A DNA stretch of 64,000 nucleotides from Auanema rhodensis. Taxonomy: Eukaryota > Animalia > Nematoda. Of this stretch, positions 39,701 through 51,602 are shown piece by piece. Both the position numbers and the translations under genes were made by a program. The first letter of the stretch is position 1, and every line of letters begins with the position of its first letter. The notes under the pieces were generated by a model that saw nothing but the letters and a program-made list of their open reading frames with translations, was not told the DNA's origin and did no database searches. The stretch lies in assembly GCA_964057225.1 (NCBI GenBank), contig OZ059896.1, positions 14,694,001-14,758,000 of the forward strand. Direction: 5' to 3'.

Positions 39701-41981
39701 AATGTTCGTCAACTGGGAAGACAAGCTCACCCTCAAGACCGTCTTCAAGGTTCCAGAGACCAAGAGACACATTGTCCACCTCATGACCCGCCCAGTCACC
39801 TACGTCGCCGTCTGGGACAAGGAAACCCGTCACTACCCCGAAACCATCGAGAAGACCATCTACCTCAAGGATTCTCGCTACCCAGTTGAGACTATCGAGC
39901 GCGAATACTTCGAGAAGACCGGAATGAAGGTTTTGGTTTCCGGAAGCATCCGTCGCCCATTCTTCCCACTCTACGCCACCGAGGAGCACAAGACTGTTCT
40001 TATCGGAGACAACCTCATCAACATCTGGTACGAGCCCATGACTGAGAAGGTCCGCGAGATCGTCTTCCACATGGAAATGGACGTCTTCGAGCCAGTCAAG
40101 AGAATGGAAAGCCCAACTTTCGAAAACTTCTATGAGAAGAAGTCCATGAACAAGAGATACGAGACCGAGGAGGAAGACTTCGAGGTTGAGATGACCGACT
40201 ACAAGACTGAGACTGAGAGCGAACGCCGCAACGTCTTCGCCAAGTACGTCAAGAACCTTGAGATCGTCAAGGCTTACAAGCACAGACTCTCCTTCAAGCT
40301 TGAGACTGTCGGAGATATCAAGAACAAGCTCGAGACTGAGGTCCGCGCCATCTGCGACGACAAGATCCGTTACTGCCGTGTCCACTTTGAGGCCCGTCGC
40401 ACTCCCTTCGGAGAGGAATCCCGCGAGTGGGAACTCAAGGCTTTGATCCAAACCCTCTACCCAGAGATGCCAATGACCTTCAAGCAAATGTTCGATCAAA
40501 TGCACCGTGAATTCATCGGAAACATGGAAATCCAATGGGGATCTGAGGAGAAGTACACCATGAACCTCAAGCTCCAAGGACAACAAAGCCGTGACCAAAA
40601 GATCTGGATGAAGAAGGTTGAGCGCGAGCAAAACGGACTTACCGAGACCGAGAAGCTCATCGAGGCCGCCAAGTTGAACCAATACAAGCTTGTTGCTGAG
40701 CACAAGATCAGCCCAATGCACAAGATGTACCTCCGCAACTTCCTTTCTCTCCTCAAGAGCTGGAACTTCATGAACACCCAAGTTGAGTTCACCAACAAGA
40801 TGTACGAAGGACGCATGGAGGCTAAGCTCACCATCGAGCCAATCAGCCGCCGCTTCTGCGACATCGTCATTGAGACCCCAGAGCAACGTGTTCTCTTCCG
40901 CAACATCGTCGTTCCATTCGAGCTCCCAACCCTCAACATCCGCCGTCACTACGGATCTATCAACTCCATGAAGCACATCGCTGAGAAGATCGAGAAGGAG
41001 ACCCGCGCTGAATGCGTCGTCAAGAGCAACGAGATCAAGACCTTCGATAACCTCTTCTACAGACTTCCAATGGTTCCATGCCAAACTGTTCTTGCCAAGG
41101 ATTGCTCCTCTGAGATCCCCAAGTTCACCGTTCTTATGGAGAAGGTTGCCAAGAACACCGAAGAGAAGATCCTCACCATCCACCACGAGAAGAACAGCAT
41201 CGAACTCGAATTGAAGAGAGAGAAGATGATCGTTAAGGTCAACGGAGAAATCATCAAGTCTGAGGAAGAGTTGGAGAACTTCGGAATCTTCATCATCACT
41301 GAGAAGCTCTACAAGATCGATCTTGAAGACGTTCTCGTCACCTTCGACGGAATCCACGCCAAGATTCAACTCTCTGCTCTTTACAAGAACAAGCAATGCG
41401 GAATCTGCGGACACTACGACAACGAGGTTTGTTCTAATTGCCCAGCATCACTATTGTGAATTCTATTTCATTCCAGGAAACTAACGAGTTCCGTCGTGCT
41501 GACAACATCGAGACCACCGACCTCATGGAGTTCCACAAGAGCTTCTTGCACAAGAACCAAAGATGCGAGATGGACGAGTACGAGCTCAACAAGGAGTCCA
41601 ACTACAAGATTCTCCGTGAGGAGACCAGCAGCAGCGAGGAAGAGCTTATGAACGAGTACGAAGGTACAGCTTGTTTCTTATCCAATCTCAACCCAACTTT
41701 GTTTTTTTTCAGAGCCCGAGCTCCGCACTCGCGTTCTTGAGCGTGGACACCGCATGTGCTTCTCCGAGATGCCAGTTAAGAGCTGCCGCACTGAGAAGAA
41801 GGAATCCGAAACCACCTACAAGCAAATGACCTTCAGATGCCTTCGCAAGTCTCTCCCAGTTGTTGAGAAGATGATGCGCGAACTCCGCAAGGAGAAGGTC
41901 TTGACCACCGACATGCTTGAGGAGATCGAAGAGACCTACGAGCACAAGATCCGCGTCCCAAAGATGTGCCTTGCTTATTAA
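36736..41981 (+). CDS. vit-6: Vitellogenin vit-6 type, copy 3
   Basis: Copy 2 shifted by 6386 bp; no differences from copy 2 noticed. Confidence 0.95.
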
Positions 41982-42134
41982 ACTAATTTTCTTATAGTTA
42001 ATAATAAAAAATTTTATATTTTATATTTTCTTCACATAATTAGCATAAATACCATACAATTAGTACAATAATTACGTAAAACACGTGAAAACCTCAGAGG
42101 GAATATCCAAAACCATCATTTCAGTCAAACATCG

Positions 42135-42242
42135 CGTGACCAATGAAGCTTTGCCGAGGTGCGATTATTGCTGGTTGAAAAACTTTTTCTAATTACCCGA
42201 AACATGGGTGATATACGCAATTTTTGAATGCCTGATAAGGCT
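42135..42242 (+). ncRNA. U4 snRNA-derived truncated copy, unit 3
   Basis: Same sequence as 29363-29470; the 5S gene that should follow is cut off at its first base (42354). Confidence 0.88.
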
Positions 42243-42370
42243 GATTAGCATATTATGGAAGATTGTTCCACGTGAAATGACGTCATTTTTCAAAACTAAA
42301 CTAGAAGGAACGGTTGCACTCCGTACATATTCCGAAAAGAAAGAAAATCCTTCGTGACCTATGAGGCTTC

Positions 42371-44879
42371 TATTTTTTCCGGAAAAACGGTTTATTCCGG
42401 GGGGGGGGGGCCTATCCACAAGATTGTTCACAAAAAAGTTCAGGCTGTGTTCACGATGTGACCGGTGATTCCCCGTTTTTCTCCTCGATTATGAAATATA
42501 TTCAATTACAAATATACTGAACTTGGGTATTGAAATCTGTAGAATCTGAATATCCAACTTAGATTTGGCTAGGTTCTCTCTAATTTCCGGAAAAACGGTT
42601 TATACCAAGCCCAACCACGAGAATGTTCACAAAAAAGTTCAGGCTGTGTTCACGATGTGACCGGTGATTCCCCGTTTTTCTCCTCGATTATGAAATATAT
42701 TCAATTACAAATATACTGAACTTGGGTATTGAAATCTGTAGAATCTGAATATCCAACTTAGATTTGGCTAGGTTCTCTCTAATTTCCGGAAAAACGGTTT
42801 ATACCAAGCCCAACCACGAGAATGTTCACAAAAAAGTTCAGGCTGTGTTCACGATGTGACCGGTGATTCCCCGTTTTTCTCCTCGATTATGAAATATATC
42901 CAATTACAAATATACTGAACTTGGGTGTTCAAACCTGTAAAATCTGAATATCCGACTTATATTTGACTAAGTTCTCTCCATTTTCCGGAAATACGGTTTA
43001 TACCAAGCTCAACCACGAGAATGTTCACAAAAAAGTTCAGGCTGTGTTCACGATGTGACCGGTGATTCCCCGTTTTTCTCCTCGATTATGAAATATATTC
43101 AATTACAAATATACTGAACTTGGGTATTGAAATCTGTAGAATCTGAATATCCAACTTAGATTTGGCTAGGTTCTCTCTAATTTCCGGAAAAACGGTTTAT
43201 ACCAAGCCCAACCACGAGAATGTTCACAAAAAAGTTCAGGCTGTGTTCACGATGTGACCGGTGATTCCCCGTTTTTCTCCTCGATTATGAAATATATTCA
43301 ATTACAAATATACTGAACTTGGGTATTGAAATCTGTAGAATCTGAATATCCAACTTAGATTTGGCTAGGTTCTCTCTAATTTCCGGAAAAACGGTTTATA
43401 CCAAGCCCAACCACGAGAATGTTCACAAAAAAGTTCAGGCTGTGTTCACGATGTGACCGGTGATTCCCCGTTTTTCTCCTCGATTATGAAATATATTCAA
43501 TTACAAATATACTGAACTTGGGTGTTCAAACCTGTAAAATCTGAATATCCGACTTATATTTGACTAAGTTCTCTCCATTTTCCGGAAATACGGTTTATAC
43601 CAAGCTCAACCACGAGAATGTTCACAAAAAAGTTCAGGCTGTGTTCACGATGTGACCGGTGATTCCCCGTTTTTCTCCTCGATTATGAAATATATTCAAT
43701 TACAAATATACTGAACTTGGGTATTGAAATCTGTAGAATCTGAATATCCAACTTAGATTTGGCTAGGTTCTCTCTAATTTCCGGAAAAACGGTTTATACC
43801 AAGCCCAACCACGAGAATGTTCACAAAAAAGTTCAGGCTGTGTTCACGATGTGACCGGTGATTCCCCGTTTTTCTCCTCGATTATGAAATATATTCAATT
43901 ACAAATATACTGAACTTGGGTATTGAAATCTGTAGAATCTGAATATCCAACTTAGATTAGGCTAGGTTCTCTCTATTTTCCGGAAAAACGGTTTATACCA
44001 AGCCCAACCACGAGAATGTTCACAAAAAAGTTCAGGCTGTGTTCACGATGTGACCGGTGATTCCCCGTTTTTCTCCTCGATTATGAAATATATTCAATTA
44101 CAAATATACTGAACTTGGGTGTTCAAACCTGTAAAATCTGAATATCCGACTTATATTTGACTAAGTTCTCTCCATTTTCCGGAAATACGGTTTATACCAA
44201 GCTCAACCACGAGAATGTTCACAAAAAAGTTCAGGCTGTGTTCACGATGTGACCGGTGATTCCCCGTTTTTCTCCTCGATTATGAAATATATTCAATTAC
44301 AAATATACTGAACTTGGGTATTGAAATCTGTAGAATCTGAATATCCAACTTAGATTTGGCTAGGTTCTCTCTAATTTCCGGAAAAACGGTTTATACCAAG
44401 CCCAACCACGAGAATGTTCACAAAAAAGTTCAGGCTGTGTTCACGATGTGACCGGTGATTCCCCGTTTTTCTCCTCGATTATGAAATATATTCAATTACA
44501 AATATACTGAACTTGGGTATTGAAATCTGTAGAATCTGAATATCCAACTTAGATTTGGCTAGGTTCTCTCTAATTTCCGGAAAAACGGTTTATACCAAGC
44601 CCAACCACGAGAATGTTCACAAAAAAGTTCAGGCTGTGTTCACGATGTGACCGGTGATTCCCCGTTTTTCTCCTCGATTATGAAATATATTCAATTACAA
44701 ATATACTGAACTTGGGTGTTCAAACCTGTAAAATCTGAATATCCGACTTATATTTGACTAAGTTCTCTCCATTTTCCGGAAATACGGTTTATACCAACCT
44801 CAACCACGAGAATGTTCACAAAAAAGTTCAGGCTGTGTACACGATGTGACCGGTGATTCCCCGTTTTTCTCCTCGATTA
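42371..44879. repeat. 199-bp satellite, ~12.5 copies, two variants arranged (A-A-B)x4
   Basis: AAAAAAGTTCAGGCTGTG recurs at 42432, 42631, 42830 ... 44820; variant B (GGGTGTTCAAACCTGTAAAATC) in copies 3, 6, 9, 12, variant A (GGGTATTGAAATCTGTAGAATC) elsewhere. Confidence 0.97.
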
Positions 44880-44985
44880 CCAAAATCATCGAAAATAATA
44901 TTATGAACAACTATGAAATACTAACCATATACCATATAGGTAACCGATAATGATAAACGTATTTGAAAATATTAGAAAAGGGAAA

Positions 44986-45104
44986 AGCTTACGGCACCCG
45001 GGATTCCCAATCCGTCTCCGATCCAAGTACTAACCGGGCCCAACGTTGCTTGACTTGCCAGATCGGACGGGATGGCGTACTTTCAACGTGGTATGGTCGT
45101 AATC
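44986..45104 (-). rRNA. 5S rRNA gene (variant: C2A and a second C>A)
   Basis: Reverse complement reads GATTACGACCATACC...GGAGACGGATTGGGAATC...GTAAGCT. Confidence 0.93.
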
Positions 45105-45215
45105 GAAGGATTTTCTTTCTTTTCGGAATATGTACGGAGTGCAACCGTTCCTTCTAGTTTAGTTTTGAAAAATGACGTCATTTCACGTGGAACAATCTTC
45201 CATAATATGCTAATC

Positions 45216-45323
45216 AGCCTTATCAGGCATTCAAAAATTGCGTATATCACCCATGTTTCGGGTAATTAGAAAAAGTTTTTCAACCAGCAATAATCGCACC
45301 TCGGCAAAGCTTCATTGGTCACG
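45216..45323 (-). ncRNA. U4 snRNA-derived truncated copy
   Basis: Reverse complement of 29363-29470. Confidence 0.88.
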
Positions 45324-45476
45324 CGATGTTTGACTGAAATGATGGTTTTGGATATTCCCTCTGAGGTTTTCACGTGTTTTACGTAATTATTGTACTAATT
45401 GTATGGTATTTATGCTAATTATGTGAAGAAAATATAAAATATAAAATTTTTTATTATTAACTATAAGAAAATTAGT

Positions 45477-48400
45477 TTAATAAGCAAGGCACATCTTTGG
45501 GACGCGGATCTTGTGCTCGTAGGTCTCTTCGATCTCCTCAAGCATGTCGGTGGTCAAGACCTTCTCCTTGCGGAGTTCGCGCATCATCTTCTCAACAACT
45601 GGGAGAGACTTGCGAAGGCATCTGAAGGTCATTTGCTTGTAGGTGGTTTCGAATTCCTTCTTCTCAGTGCGGCAGCTCTTAACTGGCATCTCGGAGAAGC
45701 ACATGCGGTGTCCACGCTCAAGAACGCGAGTGCGGAGCTCGGGCTCTGAAAAAAAAACAAAGTTGGGTTGAGATTGGATAAGAAACAAGCTGTACCTTCG
45801 TACTCGTTCATAAGCTCTTCCTCGCTGCTGCTGGTCTCCTCACGGAGAATCTTGTAGTTGGACTCCTTGTTGAGCTCGTACTCGTCCATCTCGCATCTTT
45901 GGTTCTTGTGCAAGAAGCTCTTGTGGAACTCCATGAGGTCGGTGGTCTCGATGTTGTCAGCACGACGGAACTCGTTAGTTTCCTGGAATGAAATAGAATT
46001 CACAATAGTGATGCTGGGCAATTAGAACAAACCTCGTTGTCGTAGTGTCCGCAGATTCCGCATTGCTTGTTCTTGTAAAGAGCAGAGAGTTGAATCTTGG
46101 CGTGGATTCCGTCGAAGGTGACGAGAACGTCTTCAAGATCGATCTTGTAGAGCTTCTCAGTGATGATGAAGATTCCGAAGTTCTCCAACTCTTCCTCAGA
46201 CTTGATGATTTCTCCGTTGACCTTAACGATCATCTTCTCTCTCTTCAATTCGAGTTCGATGCTGTTCTTCTCGTGGTGGATGGTGAGGATCTTCTCTTCG
46301 GTGTTCTTGGCAACCTTCTCCATAAGAACGGTGAACTTGGGGATCTCAGAGGAGCAATCCTTGGCAAGAACAGTTTGGCATGGAACCATTGGAAGTCTGT
46401 AGAAGAGGTTATCGAAGGTCTTGATCTCGTTGCTCTTGACGACGCATTCAGCGCGGGTCTCCTTCTCGATCTTCTCAGCGATGTGCTTCATGGAGTTGAT
46501 AGATCCGTAGTGACGGCGGATGTTGAGGGTTGGGAGCTCGAATGGAACGACGATGTTGCGGAAGAGAACACGTTGCTCTGGGGTCTCAATGACGATGTCG
46601 CAGAAGCGGCGGCTGATTGGCTCGATGGTGAGCTTAGCCTCCATGCGTCCTTCGTACATCTTGTTGGTGAACTCAACTTGGGTGTTCATGAAGTTCCAGC
46701 TCTTGAGGAGAGAAAGGAAGTTGCGGAGGTACATCTTGTGCATTGGGCTGATCTTGTGCTCAGCAACAAGCTTGTATTGGTTCAACTTGGCGGCCTCGAT
46801 GAGCTTCTCGGTCTCGGTAAGTCCGTTTTGCTCGCGCTCAACCTTCTTCATCCAGATCTTTTGGTCACGGCTTTGTTGTCCTTGGAGCTTGAGGTTCATG
46901 GTGTACTTCTCCTCAGATCCCCATTGGATTTCCATGTTTCCGATGAATTCACGGTGCATTTGATCGAACATTTGCTTGAAGGTCATTGGCATCTCTGGGT
47001 AGAGGGTTTGGATCAAAGCCTTGAGTTCCCACTCGCGGGATTCCTCTCCGAAGGGAGTGCGACGGGCCTCAAAGTGGACACGGCAGTAACGGATCTTGTC
47101 GTCGCAGATGGCGCGGACCTCAGTCTCGAGCTTGTTCTTGATATCTCCGACAGTCTCAAGCTTGAAGGAGAGTCTGTGCTTGTAAGCCTTGACGATCTCA
47201 AGGTTCTTGACGTACTTGGCGAAGACGTTGCGGCGTTCGCTCTCAGTCTCAGTCTTGTAGTCGGTCATCTCAACCTCGAAGTCTTCCTCCTCGGTCTCGT
47301 ATCTCTTGTTCATGGACTTCTTCTCATAGAAGTTTTCGAAAGTTGGGCTTTCCATTCTCTTGACTGGCTCGAAGACGTCCATTTCCATGTGGAAGACGAT
47401 CTCGCGGACCTTCTCAGTCATGGGCTCGTACCAGATGTTGATGAGGTTGTCTCCGATAAGAACAGTCTTGTGCTCCTCGGTGGCGTAGAGTGGGAAGAAT
47501 GGGCGACGGATGCTTCCGGAAACCAAAACCTTCATTCCGGTCTTCTCGAAGTATTCGCGCTCGATAGTCTCAACTGGGTAGCGAGAATCCTTGAGGTAGA
47601 TGGTCTTCTCGATGGTTTCGGGGTAGTGACGGGTTTCCTTGTCCCAGACGGCGACGTAGGTGACTGGGCGGGTCATGAGGTGGACAATGTGTCTCTTGGT
47701 CTCTGGAACCTTGAAGACGGTCTTGAGGGTGAGCTTGTCTTCCCAGTTGACGAACATTTGAAGATCGATGGGGGTGTTGATCTTGGCTCCGTGGAGAAGC
47801 TTGACTCCGGAGTAGACAACTGGAGTGCGGGCTTCAAGCTTGATGACGTGAGTGGAAGCAACCTCTGGCTTGGCAACAAGGTGGAGGCGGAGTCCGGTGA
47901 AGCGGTCAGAGCTCTTGGGCTCGAATTCAACCTTGATGTGTCCAGTGACGGTAGCAAGGGTTGGCATCTTGGATCCAAGAACGATTGGCATACCGAGGGC
48001 AGTTGGGATCTTGCGGATGGTCTCGTGAACGAAGACGGCTCCGGAAAGGGTGTAGTGGAATCCGTGGGAGAGAACACGCTCAATGTCTCCAAGCTCGATT
48101 CTTCCCTCGCGGGCGATCTTCTTGAAAAGCTCTGGGATGGTTTCCATGTCAATTGGAAGGAAAGCGTAGTCCATGTCCTTGTAACGGAAGTAGAGGAGAG
48201 CCTCTGGTTCGTCGTTGCTCATCTCACGGCGCTTGATGTTCAACTTCTCGGCGATGGTGCGGAGGATCTCGACTGGGCGGAAAGTGGCGGATCTCTTTCC
48301 ACGGACGACGAGGGTCTCAAGTCCGGATTGCTCAACCTTGCGGATCATCTTGTTGAGGATGACGTCCATGTTGTTTTGGTAGAGTCCGATTTGAGCCAAG

Positions 48401-50723
48401 TACTTGTTCCATTCTCCTCCGAAGACGGAGTCGAGGGAAGCCATGATTTCCTTGGGGAGGACAGATTCAGAGCTGAAGATGGAAGCCCAGTTGAAGGTAG
48501 CTCCAGTCATGTACTCGGTGTTGTAGAGAGTCCACTTGTTGAAGCGGCTGTCCAAGAGGTTTTGCTTAAGCTCAGTTGGGATGAGGCGGAGAGCCTTGGA
48601 AACACGGAGGGCCAAGACCTTCTCGCATGGGTTGGTGGACTTGGTGAGGGTGGAGAGAAGGTTGTAGGTGAAGACGCGGACTTGACGGCTGCGCTCAACG
48701 ATGACTTGTTCAACAACTTGGCTGAGGATGGCTTCCTCTGGTCTGGTCATGAGGATGATGTTGAGGGCGGACATGCGGATCTCTGGGAGCTCCATGCGGT
48801 CCTTGTAGACTGGCATGAGGACATATTGGATCTTGCGTGGCATGACGGTGCGGAGACGGCGGAGAGCCTCGATGGCTTGGAGGCGGACGGTCTTCTCTTC
48901 CATCTTGTCAGCGATGATGGTGTTGAGGCTGTAGACGGAAACGTCAATGGCAGCGTTGGAGAGGGTCTTGATCATGAGGACCTTCTCGTAGCGGGTCTCG
49001 GCAGACTTGAACTTGCGGATGAGTTGGTCGACGATCTTTTGCTTGAGGGAGCGAGTGCAGAGCTTCTCCTTCAATTCGTAGGCCATCTTCTCCTCGTTGT
49101 CTCCGCAGAATCCAGAGACAATGGATCCGTAGGTGAGCCAGCAGGATTGACGGAGGACTGGGTTGCGGTGGGCAACATCAGACTCGCAGAAACGGTAGAC
49201 GTCTTCAGCGATGTATTCGGATGGGACACGGATCTCGGCGAGCATCTTGAAGAGTTGAGAAGCCTTGATGGGGTTCATTTGCTTCTTGGTCATCTTCTCA
49301 AGAAGGTGGCGGATGGTGACCTTGGTTCCAGAAAGAGCAAGGGAGTCGAAGAAGATGTGACGCATCTTTTCAACAGTCTTCTCCTCCATCTTCTCCATGT
49401 CGTACAAGAAGCGCTCGATCTTCTCGATCTCGTGCTCAGTGCAGAAACGGAGAACCTTGACAACGCGGGCGATGAGGTTGGTGGTCTCGAGTTCAACTCC
49501 GGATTCGAGGTCCTTGACAATCTTGTTGAAGATCTGCTTAACCATCTCGACCTTGTTGCTCCACATGGGGATGTGGCGAAGGTATTTCTCTTCTCCGGTC
49601 ATAGCGAACATCTCCTCGGCAATTTCCATCTCAGAGTTGTAGATGAGGGTTTCCTTCTCTTCAACTTGGATCTTCTCGATGGTCTTCTCGACCTCTCCGG
49701 CGTAGACAAGGCTGAGCTTGTTGTAGACGTAGGAGACGAGGAGTTGGTTCTTGTCGGCGATTGGGGCGAACAAGTGTTGGGAACGGAGTTCGACATCGCG
49801 GATGAGGAACTTGTTCTCAGTGCGTCCGTGAGTGAGGTTGAAGGTCATGACGGTGGAAGAGAGCTTCTCGTCAGCGACGGTCTTCTTGCATTCTTCGCAC
49901 TTCTCGACGAAGCGGCGTCCGTAACGGACTTCTGGGCGGATGTTGCACTTGTCGAAGTTGACGGACTTGGTCCATTGTTCGAATTCCTTGGATTCTTCGA
50001 TTCTGGTGTAGGCAACCTCGCACTCTCCTTCGAGGGTACGCTGAAGTTCAAAAGGTTTTTGGGTTAAGCTCAGATGGCATTTACCTCGACAACGGTGAAG
50101 TAGTCGTTCTTGCGGATGTCTTCTTCCTCGATCATGTGGTCGCGCATCTCAACTCCCTTCTTAACGTAGTTGATCTGAATTTCAGAAGATTAGAGAACTA
50201 TAGGAAGAGATTCTGAATACTTGGAGCATGTTGACGATGGACTTCTTGATGTTCTTGGACCAGGCGAGCTCTTCTCCGTCGAATTCGACATCTCCGACAA
50301 GTCCGTGCTTGTAGTTGAAGCGGATTGGGAGGGAGAGAAGACGTTCTTGCTCCTGAAACAAGGAAGATGAATTAGAAAAGAGGAAGTTTATATTACCTTC
50401 TCGAGGGTGACCTCCTCCATGCTCTCGAATGGGAGCATTCTGAGGGTGTCGACCTCTTCCTGGCTAGTAGCCCAGCGGAGATTTCTCAATTGCATGCGGA
50501 ACCAATATTCAGAAGATTCAGGTTGGATGCTGACAAGAGATTGGATACGAGTGATAGCCTTCTGGCTTTCAGAGACAGGTAAAGCAGTAGAGAGATGTCC
50601 ATCGAAGAGATAACGGTATTCACGCTCGGAGCGGAATTCGACTTCGTTGATATCGCGTCTCTCGAAAGATGGCAGACTAGCCAGGGTTAGCCCCAAGAGG
50701 CCAACGAGAACGAGAAGTTTCAT
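45477..50723 (-). CDS. vit-6: Vitellogenin vit-6 type, copy 4 (inverted)
   Basis: Same 6-exon gene on the minus strand; private changes include KKESETT>KKEFETT and one synonymous GCT>GCC. Confidence 0.95.
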
Positions 50724-50901
50724 CGTTCTTGATGAGAGTCGTAGACTGTCCTTTACTGTTCAGTTCCTTTCTTATATATCAATTCATATTGACATGTGCT
50801 TCCAATCATTTTCCCATTTCATTGCATTTCCTCAGTTTTTTTTTCTTTTCTTTGATAAGATCTTAATGGCTAATCAACTATCAATGTTAATTTCAAATCA
50901 C

Positions 50902-51279
50902 CGTTCACAATACCATCCGCAAGATCCCAACAACCCTCGGTATGGTAATCGTTCTTGAATCTAAGATGTCAACTCTTGCTACTGCCACCGGACACATCAT
51001 GGTTGAATTCGAGGCCAAGAGCTCTGACCGCTTCACCGGACTCCACCATGTTCCTAAACCAGAAATTGCTTCCACTCATGTTATCAAGCTTGAAGTTCGC
51101 ACTCCAGTAGTGTGATACGGAGTCAAACTTCTCCACGGAGCCAAGATCAACATTCCCTAGAGGAGACCGTCTTCAAGAATTCAGAGACCAAGGGACATAT
51201 TGTCCATCTCCTGACCCGCCTAGTCTCGTATGTCTCAGTCTGGGAAAAGGAAACACCGTCACTAACCCAAAATCATCGA
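50902..51279 (+). pseudogene. Diverged vit-6 fragment, opposite orientation to copy 4
   Basis: Reverse complement of 29794-30171. Confidence 0.92.
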
Positions 51280-51372
51280 AAATAATATTATGAACAACTA
51301 TGAAATACTAACCATATACCATATAGGTAACCGATAATGATAAACGTATTTGAAAATATTAGAAAAGGGAAA

Positions 51373-51491
51373 AGCTTACGGCACCCGGGATTCCCAAGCC
51401 GTCTCCGATCCAAGTACTAACCGGGCCCAACGTTGCTTGACTTGCCAGATCGGACGGGATGGCGTATTTTCAACGTGGTATGGTCGTAAGC
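51373..51491 (-). rRNA. 5S rRNA gene (one G>A variant)
   Basis: Reverse complement reads GCTTACGACCATACCACGTTGAAAATACGCC...GTAAGCT. Confidence 0.95.
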
Positions 51492-51602
51492 GAAGGATTT
51501 TCTTTCTTTTCGGAATATGTACGGAGTGCAACCGTTCCTTCTAGTTTAGTTTTGAAAAATGACGTCATTTCACGTGGAACAATCTTCCATAATATGCTAA
51601 TC

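Larger units (their letters stand above)
23893..42354 (+). repeat. Tandem array of 6386-bp unit (~2.9 copies), left arm
   Basis: ORF coordinates recur at +6386 and +12772; homology starts at TGTCAAT (23893/30279) and ends at 42354. Confidence 0.97.

Noticed and set aside
42371-44879. CRISPR-like array (constant part plus variable part)
   Set aside because: Variable part has only two related haplotypes, not unique spacers; eukaryotic context, no cas genes.
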